Shown here piece by piece: positions 36,349 through 47,319 of a DNA stretch of 54,956 bases. How positions within the stretch are numbered: position 1 is the stretch's first letter; every line of letters begins with the position of its first letter. The translations under genes and the position numbers were made by a program. The stretch covers positions 1 to 54,956 of IMG/VR virus record IMGVR_UViG_3300037634_006492, one strand, 5' to 3'. This stretch comes from a virus (Duplodnaviria; Caudoviricetes). The notes below the pieces were generated by a model. That model saw nothing but the letters and a program-made list of their open reading frames with translations. It did not search any database and was not told where the DNA came from.

Positions 36349-39082
36349 TTGAAAATTCATCCATTATATCATAATCCTCAAACATATAAGTAGGAGACAT
36401 CCCTATTCTTTCCCAAAATAAAGTTTCTTCATCCGTAATATTTAATAAATTTTCTAGGGTATCCTGATCTTCTATATTATAAGGGCACCCCGAAGTCAAT
36501 ATTAATTCTTGTTTAGTAAAATATTGACGATGAAGAGGAGATATAATTAAAATATCATCTCTAATATTAGAATTAAAACATACTAATAATGGTTTAACTC
36601 TTTTATTAAACGCATCTATATACCGTTCAATATTATATCCCCCAGTAGTCTCCGGCTGATTCTCTATTATTTCATTAGAAATATATTTACAATTAATCAT
36701 TACTTTCTTTTCTCCTGTTTTCTTATCTGTTTTAGTTTGGATATCCCCATGAGATTTTCTAGTACCAGTATTTACATAGTAGATGGTATCCCCTAATGAA
36801 ACACTTAATTCTTCTTTTAATATTAATTCCATATGGGCTTGTCTAGGTAGTGGATTACCTGCTTTATTAAGGAGTTTAGATTTTTTTAAATAATCTACAA
36901 TACTAATTCTTACTCTAGATTTATTGGCGATTTTAGACAAAGGAATTTCTTGATTATATATCCTTTCTAAAGTATCATAATATTCATTTATAAAACCATA
37001 CCCATTTCCATTTAATAACATCTCAATACCCTTATCTATAAATTCAGAAATATAAGTAGGTAATTTTTTAGATTTAATAGTGTTACCTACTAATTTTACT
37101 TTCCCATCTATTAGATCAGCATAATTTTTCCGAGCAATGTTTATAGTGGCTTCACATATTTCATCTACATCTAACCCCATAACACCTTTCATGTATTTAT
37201 CATTATATTCGGCGACTGTAGCTTCCATACCGGTATAAGTTTTGCCTACCACATTAAATCTATGTTTTCCATTTGAAGTATAAACATATTTTTCTATATC
37301 ATCAGGTAAAGAGAAATTAAACCCATCAGTATCCCCAACTAATGGTTTAAACCCTTTTTTATTAAAAAATCTAATCATATGTCGCAAATATTGTCTCCCA
37401 GTACACGTTATTTTCTCACCCATATCCACATCTCCCCATGGATATACATGAGGGGCAGAAATTGATCCGAACATACCATTATTTAAAATCTTAAGTGGTA
37501 ATTGTTTTTTATCATAATATGCAGATTTTTCCTTTTCTCCTTTTTTTGCATAATCCGATTTTAATTTTTTATATAAATTTCTATAATCATAATTATACTG
37601 TAATAACCCCCTCATTGCACCAGTCACATCACAATCTGTAAATACATTATGGGTTAATTGTATCGAGGGATATAGAGAGGCAAAATCAAATTTGACTACA
37701 TTTCTAGTAAACCCCACCTCTAAAAGTCTCGATAACCCCCCAGTAAATCGTTGAGCAGGGGTAGTATGAGGAATAGCTAAGCCGTTATGAAAAGACCAAC
37801 CTAACATTAATAATTTCCATGTCGCCGCCGTTCCCATTGTTGCAGTTCTCATATAGGAAGTAGGTAATATTTTAGCTAATAAAAAAGTCGCTTGATTAAA
37901 TATATTATCCACCTTTTCTGTTTCCCATAAATCATCTATCAGATACCTTTCTACAATATATTCTCCTTTTACTTGAATAGAATTTTCTGGTAATACCCCA
38001 TTTAATATTCCCCATTCTCCATTAGAATCATTAAACCAATATTTATTTTCTTTATCATGCCACACATCACTAATTTTATTACCATCAATATAAACCCTAT
38101 TAGTTTTTGAAGCATTTGAATATTGGGTAATATATTTTAATCCTGCTTGTTTAATAGAAGAATTAATTGCTTGTGCTCTTCGAACTGCATGGTAAACATC
38201 CATAATATTATATCCCCACATAACTGTTTGTTCATAATATTCCATTTCGGGTCCCATTTTAAGAGATTGTTTTTTTCTATAAAAGGGAATTGGACCTAAA
38301 GTTTTTGCTATTTTAACTATATCAATATTTAATATTTGACATCTCGTAACAATAAAATCCCAATCAAAATTTTCGGAATTATAACCAGCAATTATAGATG
38401 GTTTTAAGTGGTGTATAATTTTAAAAAATGTAGTAATCGCTTCTGCTTCCCTACTTCTCAGCTCCCGTCTAGTCTCCCCATTAATAGAAAGAACATGTTG
38501 GAATCCTCTATTGTCCTTAACCCCAATCTGAAAAATCCTATCCTTTTTTGGGTATAACCCAGTAGTTTCTAAATCAAAAGATACTCGATGGACTTCTTCA
38601 TAGTCATCTAACCCTTTAAATAATCTTTTTCCACTCTGAATTAAAAATTGTTCGGTTGGATTAATAGCGATAAAATTATCTCTATGTTCTTCATCATAAA
38701 CACCCATACCACCATCTTTAAAGAATTTTAATAATTCTCCATAAGTTCCTCTACCCCTAACTAAAAATTTATAACCATCTTCTAATCGTTGTGTTGTCTC
38801 ACCATCTTTATCATCAGTAGATAATCTAATAAATTTAATCCCAAACTCCCGCATTTTAGATTTAATCTTTTTTCTATCCCCCCCATAGAGTTTTGCAACA
38901 TCAGGAGTCTTCATCCATAAAAAAGGCTTTAGAGTATGACGCTCTATTCGTTTACCCTTTTCTGGATCATGGATAATTAAATGGACACGTTTTTCTCTGT
39001 AAGAGGCTTCTACCCCTACAATATATTTTTGATCATCGTATCCTTCTAAATACTTTTTTATTTCTTCTACACTTGCAGGCAT
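36341..39082 (-). CDS. DNA polymerase family B
   Basis: ExoI FDLETTG, ExoII GYNSENFD, ExoIII YLIDD; Pol motifs DFASLYPS, KILNNGMFG, GDTDG. Confidence 0.95.
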   Translation of the reverse strand: MPASVEEIKKYLEGYDDQKYIVGVEASYREKRVHLIIHDPEKGKRIERHTLKPFLWMKTPDVAKLYGGDRKKIKSKMREFGIKFIRLSTDDKDGETTQRLEDGYKFLVRGRGTYGELLKFFKDGGMGVYDEEHRDNFIAINPTEQFLIQSGKRLFKGLDDYEEVHRVSFDLETTGLYPKKDRIFQIGVKDNRGFQHVLSINGETRRELRSREAEAITTFFKIIHHLKPSIIAGYNSENFDWDFIVTRCQILNIDIVKIAKTLGPIPFYRKKQSLKMGPEMEYYEQTVMWGYNIMDVYHAVRRAQAINSSIKQAGLKYITQYSNASKTNRVYIDGNKISDVWHDKENKYWFNDSNGEWGILNGVLPENSIQVKGEYIVERYLIDDLWETEKVDNIFNQATFLLAKILPTSYMRTATMGTAATWKLLMLGWSFHNGLAIPHTTPAQRFTGGLSRLLEVGFTRNVVKFDFASLYPSIQLTHNVFTDCDVTGAMRGLLQYNYDYRNLYKKLKSDYAKKGEKEKSAYYDKKQLPLKILNNGMFGSISAPHVYPWGDVDMGEKITCTGRQYLRHMIRFFNKKGFKPLVGDTDGFNFSLPDDIEKYVYTSNGKHRFNVVGKTYTGMEATVAEYNDKYMKGVMGLDVDEICEATINIARKNYADLIDGKVKLVGNTIKSKKLPTYISEFIDKGIEMLLNGNGYGFINEYYDTLERIYNQEIPLSKIANKSRVRISIVDYLKKSKLLNKAGNPLPRQAHMELILKEELSVSLGDTIYYVNTGTRKSHGDIQTKTDKKTGEKKVMINCKYISNEIIENQPETTGGYNIERYIDAFNKRVKPLLVCFNSNIRDDILIISPLHRQYFTKQELILTSGCPYNIEDQDTLENLLNITDEETLFWERIGMSPTYMFEDYDIMDEFSII

Positions 39083-39100
39083 TACTAATTGATTTACTTA

Positions 39101-39130
39101 CAAATATACGAAAAATATTTGAATTATCAA
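39101..39130 (-). promoter_or_regulatory. Bacteroidota-type promoter for the DNA polymerase
   Basis: Coding strand TTGA...CGTATATTTG, 18 nt upstream of the ATG (TAnnTTTG consensus). Confidence 0.62.
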
Positions 39131-39495
39131 TTATCGAGGATATTAATAAAAAGTTCACTTCGAATTGGAGCAATAAGAGTGCCAGTACCATCTAAAAAGG
39201 TAATTATAAATTCCCCATTGAACTTTCCTGGTTTTGTGGTATCTCTAGGTGCCCATTTATAAACAATATAATATTCCGGTTCGTCTCCCCCAATCTCACA
39301 TGTTTCACATTTTAGTTCTATTCCTGCACTAGCCTTAGCAATTCTTTTAAGGTTAGTATTAACATCATACATATTAAATTGAATGGTTGCGTTCTGTATT
39401 TTTTCAAAAAACTTTCTAAAATCATTACGACCATCATTAATGAGCTCCATTTTTAGATTAGGTAATGTACTATTTTTATTTATAAAGAATTCCAT
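39127..39495 (-). CDS. BppU N-terminal-like (baseplate upper, Ig-like) virion protein
   Basis: FFINKNSTLP.LKMEL, IVYKW...DT..PG.F.GEF.I.F pattern. Confidence 0.6.
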   Translation of the reverse strand: MEFFINKNSTLPNLKMELINDGRNDFRKFFEKIQNATIQFNMYDVNTNLKRIAKASAGIELKCETCEIGGDEPEYYIVYKWAPRDTTKPGKFNGEFIITFLDGTGTLIAPIRSELFINILDN

Positions 39496-39510
39496 ATGTA
39501 TATAAATATT

Positions 39511-40086
39511 TTATTTTTGTAAATATTTTTTAATATTTGCTTTAGCTTTATATAAATTAGATTTAGATGTGCCTACTGTTATACCTAATTTTTCTGCAAT
39601 TTCCTGATGTTTATACCCATCCAAGTAATATAAATCAAATATTTCTTTATATTTAGGACTTAGGTTTGATGATAACTTAATTACATCACTCGCACTAATT
39701 CCTTCGGTATGTTTTTCATCAAAATGTTGAGGCTCAGTTTCATCTTTATCAGTTATACCCCATTTGGGTTCTTCTTCACTATATTTTATTTTTCTTTTCC
39801 TTAGTTCATCAAGAATATTATTATTAATGACGCGACGCACCCACCCTTCTAGTGATCCTCCTCCATCAAACAAACCTAAATTTTTATATACTTTCATAAA
39901 TCCATTCTGACAATAATCTTGGGCCTGATTAATATCGTTGGTATATTTCATACAAACCCCATACAACATTTTATTCCACATTTCTTGATAAAGATCTTTA
40001 AAATTAATACCCTCTAGCGCCACTTCTTCTTTTATAACCTTCTTAATGGTATATTCTTTTAATATTTTTTTAATCGATTTTTCCAA
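39511..40086 (-). CDS. ECF-type RNA polymerase sigma factor with cargo-type leader
   Basis: Region 2 LYGVCMKY...AQDYCQNGFMKVY...SLEGWVRRV; region 4 LSPKYKEIF.LYYLDGYKHQEIAEKLGITVGTSKSNLYKAK; TTG start. Confidence 0.9.
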   Translation of the reverse strand: MEKSIKKILKEYTIKKVIKEEVALEGINFKDLYQEMWNKMLYGVCMKYTNDINQAQDYCQNGFMKVYKNLGLFDGGGSLEGWVRRVINNNILDELRKRKIKYSEEEPKWGITDKDETEPQHFDEKHTEGISASDVIKLSSNLSPKYKEIFDLYYLDGYKHQEIAEKLGITVGTSKSNLYKAKANIKKYLQK

Positions 40087-40104
40087 TATTATAATGTTTA
40101 TATA

Positions 40105-43100
40105 TTAAGTTATATAATAAGTTGATCGTGAACCTACCCAGTTTGCCACCACTTGAGCATCCCCAAGAACAACTCCAAAAACACCTACCATTCCGATTTG
40201 ACATCGAGCCCCCTCCGGCACTGTAACACCATCTGCATTTTGACCAATAATAAACTGATCAAAACTAGCTTCTGTAATTGTAACGCTTGCAGTTTCTTTA
40301 TATAATCCGTACTCATCAACTGGTAACAAAGTACCTAATCCATCATAGTCCCAGTTTGTAGCTCCACTAGCGGCGACTGCCGCATCCAGTGAACTTTGAC
40401 AACCAACATATAAAGTTAGTTCATTACTCGTATCATTTATTCCATAAGAAATAAAAATCCATTCATCTTCGAAATTAACACCACCTGGATTACCGGAATA
40501 ATCTTGCAGTGAAGGATAACCAAAAGTATGTCCCGGGTCCCAACTATAAAACACTCTCGAAGAATCTATATAAAATGTTTCTTGATAGTCTCCAGTTCCA
40601 TCATAGAAATCAAAAAGAGCAGAATCACCAACAGTAGCAAACCCACCAGATTTAGCATGTATATACATACTTACACTAACATCGCTTGGTATACTAGTAA
40701 GTGTTACCGGATTTGTTATAATATTTAAATCATTCCCCATTTCCCAATACGCTGGAGTACTTGTACCATCATTTCTTACTACATAATTAAAATCACTTAC
40801 ATTTGACATAATTTCTAAATCACCTATAATTGCACTGGATGCTATATTAGGAACTGTCTCATTTATAGTAACTGGACCACTAACTGATTGGTTAAAACTT
40901 TCTGGATGGTAAAATGCTATTAGATTTGTGGTATCAAACTCAACAGATGGAGGATAGATTGGATTAACCATATTTGTAAATTTATCAAACCAAAAAGTAG
41001 TTCCATCATATGTATATTGAAGTCTTACAGGATTACTTCCCCCTAATGCGGGATCTGCATTGGATATATAACTTTTTATACCTGCACCACTATCATAATC
41101 TTCGTCCGGTAGTTTATAAGTAGTTGTAGAAGTAGGATCAATAATAATAAATCCAGAAGTTCCATTAGGGAAGGAGCTTATACTATCCACTGTTAATTGA
41201 TTTGCTACCCCACCCGACAAAATAACTTTAATATTTGGTCCGTCTGTTGAGTAATCCCAATCAATAACGGCACCACCAGCTTTAGTTGTATAAGGAGAAC
41301 CACCAACAGAGGTACCATCTACTGTTAACGCACCATCTACTCTTAAGGGACCTGTTATTTCTACTTCTCCACCAATCACTACTGGGGAACATCCCGATAT
41401 AGAAGATACATATAGAGTTCCTCCTGAACATAAATTTAAGTCTCCCCTTACCTCAAGGTTTGGCACATATACTGTATCGTCCTCGGTAGCAGTTATCCCC
41501 TGTCCTCCTAAGATTACACTTCTATTCTTGTCATCTATGGTATTACCACTACCACCTCCTATAAAACAGTCCTTGATGATGCCAGTCACTTCATTTTTCT
41601 GACCCCCAACAATAACACTTTGATGTGCTCTACCACCATATGGGGTATCTCCTATAAAGTTTTCTAATCCCCCTACAATTCCACTATTCATCGTGCCGCT
41701 CGTAATGTTTAGTGTATTACTATCACCCCCTATAATAAATGTGTTTTCTGAATTTGGTCCTACAATTTCATTACTATCTCCTCCTAAAATAATAGAATTG
41801 TCATTACCCTCCACAATGTTATGATCGACACCACCTAATATTGTAGAATAATCCGACCATGCACCTATACGGCCTCCTATAGGTAGGGATTTACTATAAT
41901 GTACAAAACTTGTCTTCCCACTCGCAACTATTTCATACTCAGGGCCTCCTCCATCACCACTAGCGAAAGAGGCACCCCCACTAGCGATTGTTCTAGCCCC
42001 AGCGGAATGTGACTGTAATCCCATGGCGACAGTATTATACCCTTGAGCGTGGGATCTATCTCCACTAGCGGTTGTTCCGTCTCCTTCGGCATGGGCAGCT
42101 GATCCACTAGCCGTACTTCCTCCTTCAGCATGAGATTGAGAGCCACTCGCCATACTTCCTTTTCCTTCTGCATGTGAATAATCTCCTTCTGCAGTAGTCC
42201 CTGCCCCTTCAGCATGTGAAGATAACCCACTTGCAGTAGTTCCTACGGCTCCACCTTCTCCATCCCATCCTCCTTCGGCATGGGCGGCCGTATTACTGGC
42301 GAGAGTATTGTTTCCTTCGGCATGAGATTGATTCCCAATCGCCCTACTAGTCTTACCTTCAGCATGTGAATTCTCACCATATGCTTTAGTTTCTTCACCT
42401 TCAGCATGAGCAGTAGTGCCGGTGGCTTCGGTATTTTTACCCCACGCTTGAGAATTTTCACCGCTGGCGCTACACCCTTGAGATTGTACACTATCACCTA
42501 TTGTTACTGGAGAACAACCTGAGATGATTGATACCCATAGAATATCTATACAATCTCCTGATGTATTTCCCGATTTAACTACAGGGTCTGACCAAGAGAA
42601 AGGTGTTCCACCACCACCTACTTGCCAACTAGCATTACCACTACCATCAGAAGTTAATACATATCCATTTTGTTGTGTTCCATCCGCCAAACGGAACTGA
42701 GTTGTGGGTATTCCTGTTGTACCGATATTTATACCTTGCATAAAAACAGTATTCGAAACGCCGGCCACTGTTGCCCCAGTCATACCTATTATGACTGTGT
42801 TATCACAGATGCCTGTTATTAAATTATTGTCACCGCCTATTATAGTACATCCGTCATGTTGAGCACCTAATCCACCAATCTGATTAGTGTCACCACCTAA
42901 GATAGCATTATAGCTGGATGTAAAGCCTCCCCATATTTGATGGTTGGCTCCTCCTACTATTGCATTCCACTTAGTATTAGTACTATCCCCAAGGATTTTA
43001 CTATTCTCACCACCTGCAATGATAGAAAAATCCGTGGTTGTACCACTACTTATTGTGTGACCCCCTAATGTATCTTTTAGTCCTGAACCTTCTTCCCAAT

Positions 43101-46100
43101 ATGTTGTACCTGATGCAGGTTGCCAACTAGCATTACCACTAACATCTGATGTTAAAACATAACCAGCAGTTGGTCCTGATGTCATTGTGAAATTCTCCGT
43201 AGTTGTCCTTTTCTTAACATTCACATTACCAAAATTATCTACTACAAATATATTACTCGTATACCCTGTCCAGGGAGCTCCGGTATTTTCAAAACCATCA
43301 ATTCTCAACATATTATTACTAATAGTTGGCCATTCATTACCTCCTAAAGGACGAGTAGTAGGACTGATATGGACTTTACCATCTTCTTTATCATAAAAAC
43401 TATTACCCACTTTAAGCATTCCCCACTCAAGTGTAGGTGCAAAACGAAACCTAGAATCTGCACCAATACTTCCAATAGTGTTAGTATTTGCATCTGCCAA
43501 TAATAGTGTATTTAAAGTAGCGCCTGAGCCTGATTGTGATCCATATACACATAAAGAAGCCGTATCCGAATATGGTCCACCATTCCACGTTCCATTAATA
43601 GCAACGGTACCATCACCAGTAACACCATCACCATTTTTAACTAATAATATATTATTATTGGAACTATTAACTACTCTTAACGCTATATTTTCATCATCAA
43701 ATGGTCCGGTAGTTGTATTACTATCTCCTTTAATGAATAAAGAAGATTCGCCACTCATTGCAATATCATGCGGGTCAACACCAATGGCTAATGCCCCTTC
43801 ATCATTAGCCCCCATTACCACATTACCTGCACTATCCTCTATTAAAAATAAATTATCGAATAATGGTGGTGTTAATCCTTTAATATGTAAATTGGCTTCA
43901 GGAGAAGCAGTATTAATACCTAATCTTTGGTCAACATTTGTTGTTAAATCAAAAGTGAAACCTGACCCAATAAAAAGATTATCTTCACTATTAGGAATAA
44001 TATTTAGTGGAGAACAGGGGTGAATATTGCTTACAAATAAATCTATTATGCAACTTCCTGATGTATTACCTGATTTAACTACTGGATCCGACCAAGAGAA
44101 TGTAGTACCACTAGTTACAAAACCATTAGAGTCTATTCCTAAATTATAAGATGATGGTGTGGTTAATACATTTCCTATATTTAAATTTCCACCAATTACT
44201 GTATTACCGGAAATTGTAGTAGTACCATCCGGCTCTATTTCTATTCTTTTATATAAAGTATCTTCTGATGCGTTCCATATTTCTAAAGTAGTACTACCAC
44301 TTCCGGGACCAAAACTATCCCATTCCGGGGTTCTTACTGATGCAATTAAACCACCACTCCTCTCAGTTTGTGTATGATCAAATCGGAATGATGATTTATT
44401 AGGTGTTTCTGAAGTAGATCCCGTCCATCCCGCACTTGTGTTATTAACTACAATATTAGTTTCATCGGGATATTTTGTTTGATCGGCAACCCCTCCGTTT
44501 CGTGAAAGATGTAGTGTTCCTTGTGGGTCAGTCGTCCCTACCCCCAATCTTGGTGTACTACTAGAAGTAAACCATGTCATTAAATTTATATCACTACTTC
44601 CTTTTATTTGTACAGGATTATTTGGGTTTGCAAAATCAGTTTCTATATACCATCTTTGTACCCCTAATTCAGTTAACGCTAAAGGTATTTTATTATTAGA
44701 ATCATCATTATGGATCTCTATTCCTTTACCAGTCATTGGGCTCGGAGTTACCCATGCAAATGGCTCAGTAGTTCCTATCCCTACTTGACCTAATTCATTA
44801 ATATATACGCTAGTATGACCACTTGCTGGTCCAGGAATGGTTTGTAAATAGATATCTCCATCTGTACCAATATATAAATCCGAACAACCACTAACCGCAT
44901 GTGTCCATACAGTATTGATGCAACAACCAGATGTATTTCCTGACCTAACCACCGGATCACACCAACTCCACTCTTTTTGCGAGTCACCAACTACTACATA
45001 CCCTTTCTCATCTATTAAAAGATTATTAAAAGAAGTAACCCCACTTGCTGCGCATAAGGTAGAAATATTTAAAGTGGGAACATATACAGTATCATGATTA
45101 CTCCCACTTATACTATCACCTCCTAAAATAACACTTCTATTTCCTGATAAATAGGAACGAGTAGAACCAATGATAGATCCTGATGGACCATCAACAATAT
45201 TATCCTTACCACCAATAATTGATGCATTGACGGTGTTAATAGTATTATCTTCACCACCTAAGATGTTAGAATTACCTGTACCACCATAAATGTTTTCAAA
45301 ACCACAATAACTATCTATAGGTGGTGGCCCCGGTAATGCGAATCCTGGTATCAACGCTAATATATTCTGTATCAGACCAACTACATTTTCAACCCCATCA
45401 TTACCACTCATATTTCCGGCGGAAGTAGCAGGTATACAATAATTCCACGCTAGTGCACTTACCCCATTTAAATTGTTGTTAGTGAGTAACCCATTAATCA
45501 TCGCCACCACATCTAATACATTATAAGTCGTATCCCCATTTATATCACCTCCATTGCCAGTTCCACCCGTAAAAATAACAGTATTATCACCCCCTATTCG
45601 TGCCTTACTTAAAACTTTACCATCCCCCAAAGGTGAGAAAAAGCTAGTAATAGGACCATCAAAACCAACACTCATTATGGTACCGCTACCAGCAAGTAAT
45701 TGATTACCAGTAAAAGAAACAATTAATGCTGAAATATCACTAAAGGCGACAGTGCTCAATATACCTCCGGTTTCATCCGTTACTCCAGTGATAGTAGGGA
45801 GAATTGGGTCCCCATAATCATTAATAAATTCTACTTGAAGTGCACTTAGAGGGGCACTGGCGGTATAGGATATAGTAATAGTATTTGTATTAGATGCACT
45901 AAATGAAAGAGTATAATTATCACTATTATAGGTGCTAGGGGCTTTTATTTGATTACTTACCCCACCAAGTATATTAGAATTATCCGCTTCTACTAGGGTA
46001 TTTTGCCCATAAGCAATAGAAGATATTCCCTCTACGGTAGAACTAATCGTAGTAATACTTTTTCCTATAGTTACCGGAGAACACCCAGATATAGTAGATA

Positions 46101-47244
46101 CCCATAAAGTATCAATACAACACCCAGATGTATTTCCTGACATAACCACAGGATCACACCAGTTAAATGTTCCACCTCCCGATGTACCAGCAACTACATT
46201 TCCTCCACTATCTATTCCTAAATTATTAACTGAAGTACCACTTCCTACCGTTCCAATATTAAGTTGTGGTACATAAGCGGTTTCTGATTCTACTGCGGTA
46301 ATATTATCACCACCCAATACAACACTTTTCTCAATACCAGGGCTAATAGTATTGCCCGAACCAGCGAATATACCTGAACTGGTACCGCCTGGGAATATGT
46401 GATGATCACTTCCACCTAGAATAGCTGAATAATCACCAAAAGCTCCCATATATTGAACCATTGCTGGGGGATTAGTTTTATGGTAATGAATGAATGAAGT
46501 ATTACCACTAGCATATATATGCGCATCAGGAGGAACCGTACCAGTGTTCCCAAATCCTCTACCGCCAGCGTGGCTATGTGAACCACTAGCATATGTTCTT
46601 TGTCCTTCAGCATGAGAATTTAATCCTGATGCAATCGTTCCACCACCTTCAGCATGGGCATTTCCCCCACTTGCTATTGTAGTATTTCCTTCTGCATGAG
46701 ATAAATCACCCGAGGCTTTAGTATTTAATCCCTCCGCATGTGATGCAGCACCCATAGCAGTGGTGCCGCTACCCCACGCGATAGAAAGCGGTCCACTGGC
46801 CGTGGAACTAATATGTTGTAAATTATCATGAATAGTAATAGGGGAACAACCATGTATGTTAGTTACATATAAATTAGTTATACAACTACCAGTTCCACCG
46901 CTAAATCTTAAATCTCCTATATCTACACTATAATAATTATTTCCAAATAAACTGCTTCCAAATTCAATAACTGTCCCATTTAAAGTTGCACCTGTAGTAT
47001 AAGCATCTGTATAACCTGTTAAAAATCCACACACAACGAATGTATGAGCACTATTACTATTAAAGGTTGCACACCCAGTAGCTGCGTTATATGTACCCCC
47101 TGTTATCCATTCATCTCCCGTCGCTTTATTGAGATCATCAAAAGTAACTTTAGAAGTTACCCCATCCTGTACTAATGCAAACCAATCTGCATTTTTAATC
47201 GTAATTACTGTAGGTAATGCGGTTATTTTTTTCGGTGCTCTCAT
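40105..47244 (-). CDS. Giant tail fibre / adhesin-like protein (YadA-head-like ASGxxSHAEG repeats, GG-N beta-solenoid repeats, cohesin/dockerin-like insert, C-terminal LamG-like domain)
   Basis: 2379 aa G/S/T-rich; two blocks of SHAEG repeats; recurring (F)SW(S/C)DPVVxSGNTSGxCI linker; fibre motifs VGIGTTEP, LGINTASPEANLHI, GYVLTSDxxGNASWQ. Confidence 0.75.
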   Translation of the reverse strand: MRAPKKITALPTVITIKNADWFALVQDGVTSKVTFDDLNKATGDEWITGGTYNAATGCATFNSNSAHTFVVCGFLTGYTDAYTTGATLNGTVIEFGSSLFGNNYYSVDIGDLRFSGGTGSCITNLYVTNIHGCSPITIHDNLQHISSTASGPLSIAWGSGTTAMGAASHAEGLNTKASGDLSHAEGNTTIASGGNAHAEGGGTIASGLNSHAEGQRTYASGSHSHAGGRGFGNTGTVPPDAHIYASGNTSFIHYHKTNPPAMVQYMGAFGDYSAILGGSDHHIFPGGTSSGIFAGSGNTISPGIEKSVVLGGDNITAVESETAYVPQLNIGTVGSGTSVNNLGIDSGGNVVAGTSGGGTFNWCDPVVMSGNTSGCCIDTLWVSTISGCSPVTIGKSITTISSTVEGISSIAYGQNTLVEADNSNILGGVSNQIKAPSTYNSDNYTLSFSASNTNTITISYTASAPLSALQVEFINDYGDPILPTITGVTDETGGILSTVAFSDISALIVSFTGNQLLAGSGTIMSVGFDGPITSFFSPLGDGKVLSKARIGGDNTVIFTGGTGNGGDINGDTTYNVLDVVAMINGLLTNNNLNGVSALAWNYCIPATSAGNMSGNDGVENVVGLIQNILALIPGFALPGPPPIDSYCGFENIYGGTGNSNILGGEDNTINTVNASIIGGKDNIVDGPSGSIIGSTRSYLSGNRSVILGGDSISGSNHDTVYVPTLNISTLCAASGVTSFNNLLIDEKGYVVVGDSQKEWSWCDPVVRSGNTSGCCINTVWTHAVSGCSDLYIGTDGDIYLQTIPGPASGHTSVYINELGQVGIGTTEPFAWVTPSPMTGKGIEIHNDDSNNKIPLALTELGVQRWYIETDFANPNNPVQIKGSSDINLMTWFTSSSTPRLGVGTTDPQGTLHLSRNGGVADQTKYPDETNIVVNNTSAGWTGSTSETPNKSSFRFDHTQTERSGGLIASVRTPEWDSFGPGSGSTTLEIWNASEDTLYKRIEIEPDGTTTISGNTVIGGNLNIGNVLTTPSSYNLGIDSNGFVTSGTTFSWSDPVVKSGNTSGSCIIDLFVSNIHPCSPLNIIPNSEDNLFIGSGFTFDLTTNVDQRLGINTASPEANLHIKGLTPPLFDNLFLIEDSAGNVVMGANDEGALAIGVDPHDIAMSGESSLFIKGDSNTTTGPFDDENIALRVVNSSNNNILLVKNGDGVTGDGTVAINGTWNGGPYSDTASLCVYGSQSGSGATLNTLLLADANTNTIGSIGADSRFRFAPTLEWGMLKVGNSFYDKEDGKVHISPTTRPLGGNEWPTISNNMLRIDGFENTGAPWTGYTSNIFVVDNFGNVNVKKRTTTENFTMTSGPTAGYVLTSDVSGNASWQPASGTTYWEEGSGLKDTLGGHTISSGTTTDFSIIAGGENSKILGDSTNTKWNAIVGGANHQIWGGFTSSYNAILGGDTNQIGGLGAQHDGCTIIGGDNNLITGICDNTVIIGMTGATVAGVSNTVFMQGINIGTTGIPTTQFRLADGTQQNGYVLTSDGSGNASWQVGGGGTPFSWSDPVVKSGNTSGDCIDILWVSIISGCSPVTIGDSVQSQGCSASGENSQAWGKNTEATGTTAHAEGEETKAYGENSHAEGKTSRAIGNQSHAEGNNTLASNTAAHAEGGWDGEGGAVGTTASGLSSHAEGAGTTAEGDYSHAEGKGSMASGSQSHAEGGSTASGSAAHAEGDGTTASGDRSHAQGYNTVAMGLQSHSAGARTIASGGASFASGDGGGPEYEIVASGKTSFVHYSKSLPIGGRIGAWSDYSTILGGVDHNIVEGNDNSIILGGDSNEIVGPNSENTFIIGGDSNTLNITSGTMNSGIVGGLENFIGDTPYGGRAHQSVIVGGQKNEVTGIIKDCFIGGGSGNTIDDKNRSVILGGQGITATEDDTVYVPNLEVRGDLNLCSGGTLYVSSISGCSPVVIGGEVEITGPLRVDGALTVDGTSVGGSPYTTKAGGAVIDWDYSTDGPNIKVILSGGVANQLTVDSISSFPNGTSGFIIIDPTSTTTYKLPDEDYDSGAGIKSYISNADPALGGSNPVRLQYTYDGTTFWFDKFTNMVNPIYPPSVEFDTTNLIAFYHPESFNQSVSGPVTINETVPNIASSAIIGDLEIMSNVSDFNYVVRNDGTSTPAYWEMGNDLNIITNPVTLTSIPSDVSVSMYIHAKSGGFATVGDSALFDFYDGTGDYQETFYIDSSRVFYSWDPGHTFGYPSLQDYSGNPGGVNFEDEWIFISYGINDTSNELTLYVGCQSSLDAAVAASGATNWDYDGLGTLLPVDEYGLYKETASVTITEASFDQFIIGQNADGVTVPEGARCQIGMVGVFGVVLGDAQVVANWVGSRSTYYIT

Positions 47245-47319
47245 TCTTCTCTATTCATTTTTTATTTTTTTATTTATTATATAAATAGGTTCATATCTTG
47301 AATTTGTGTCATGCTTTAT

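Noticed and set aside
36341-39082. Intein or intron in the DNA polymerase
   Set aside because: All Exo and Pol motifs lie in one 913 aa frame with no evident splice-junction or homing endonuclease motifs.
39511-40086. ECF sigma as the factor reading the TATTTAT motif
   Set aside because: Not supportable from sequence: ECF sigmas normally need a bipartite -35/-10 promoter and no conserved upstream element was seen with the motif.
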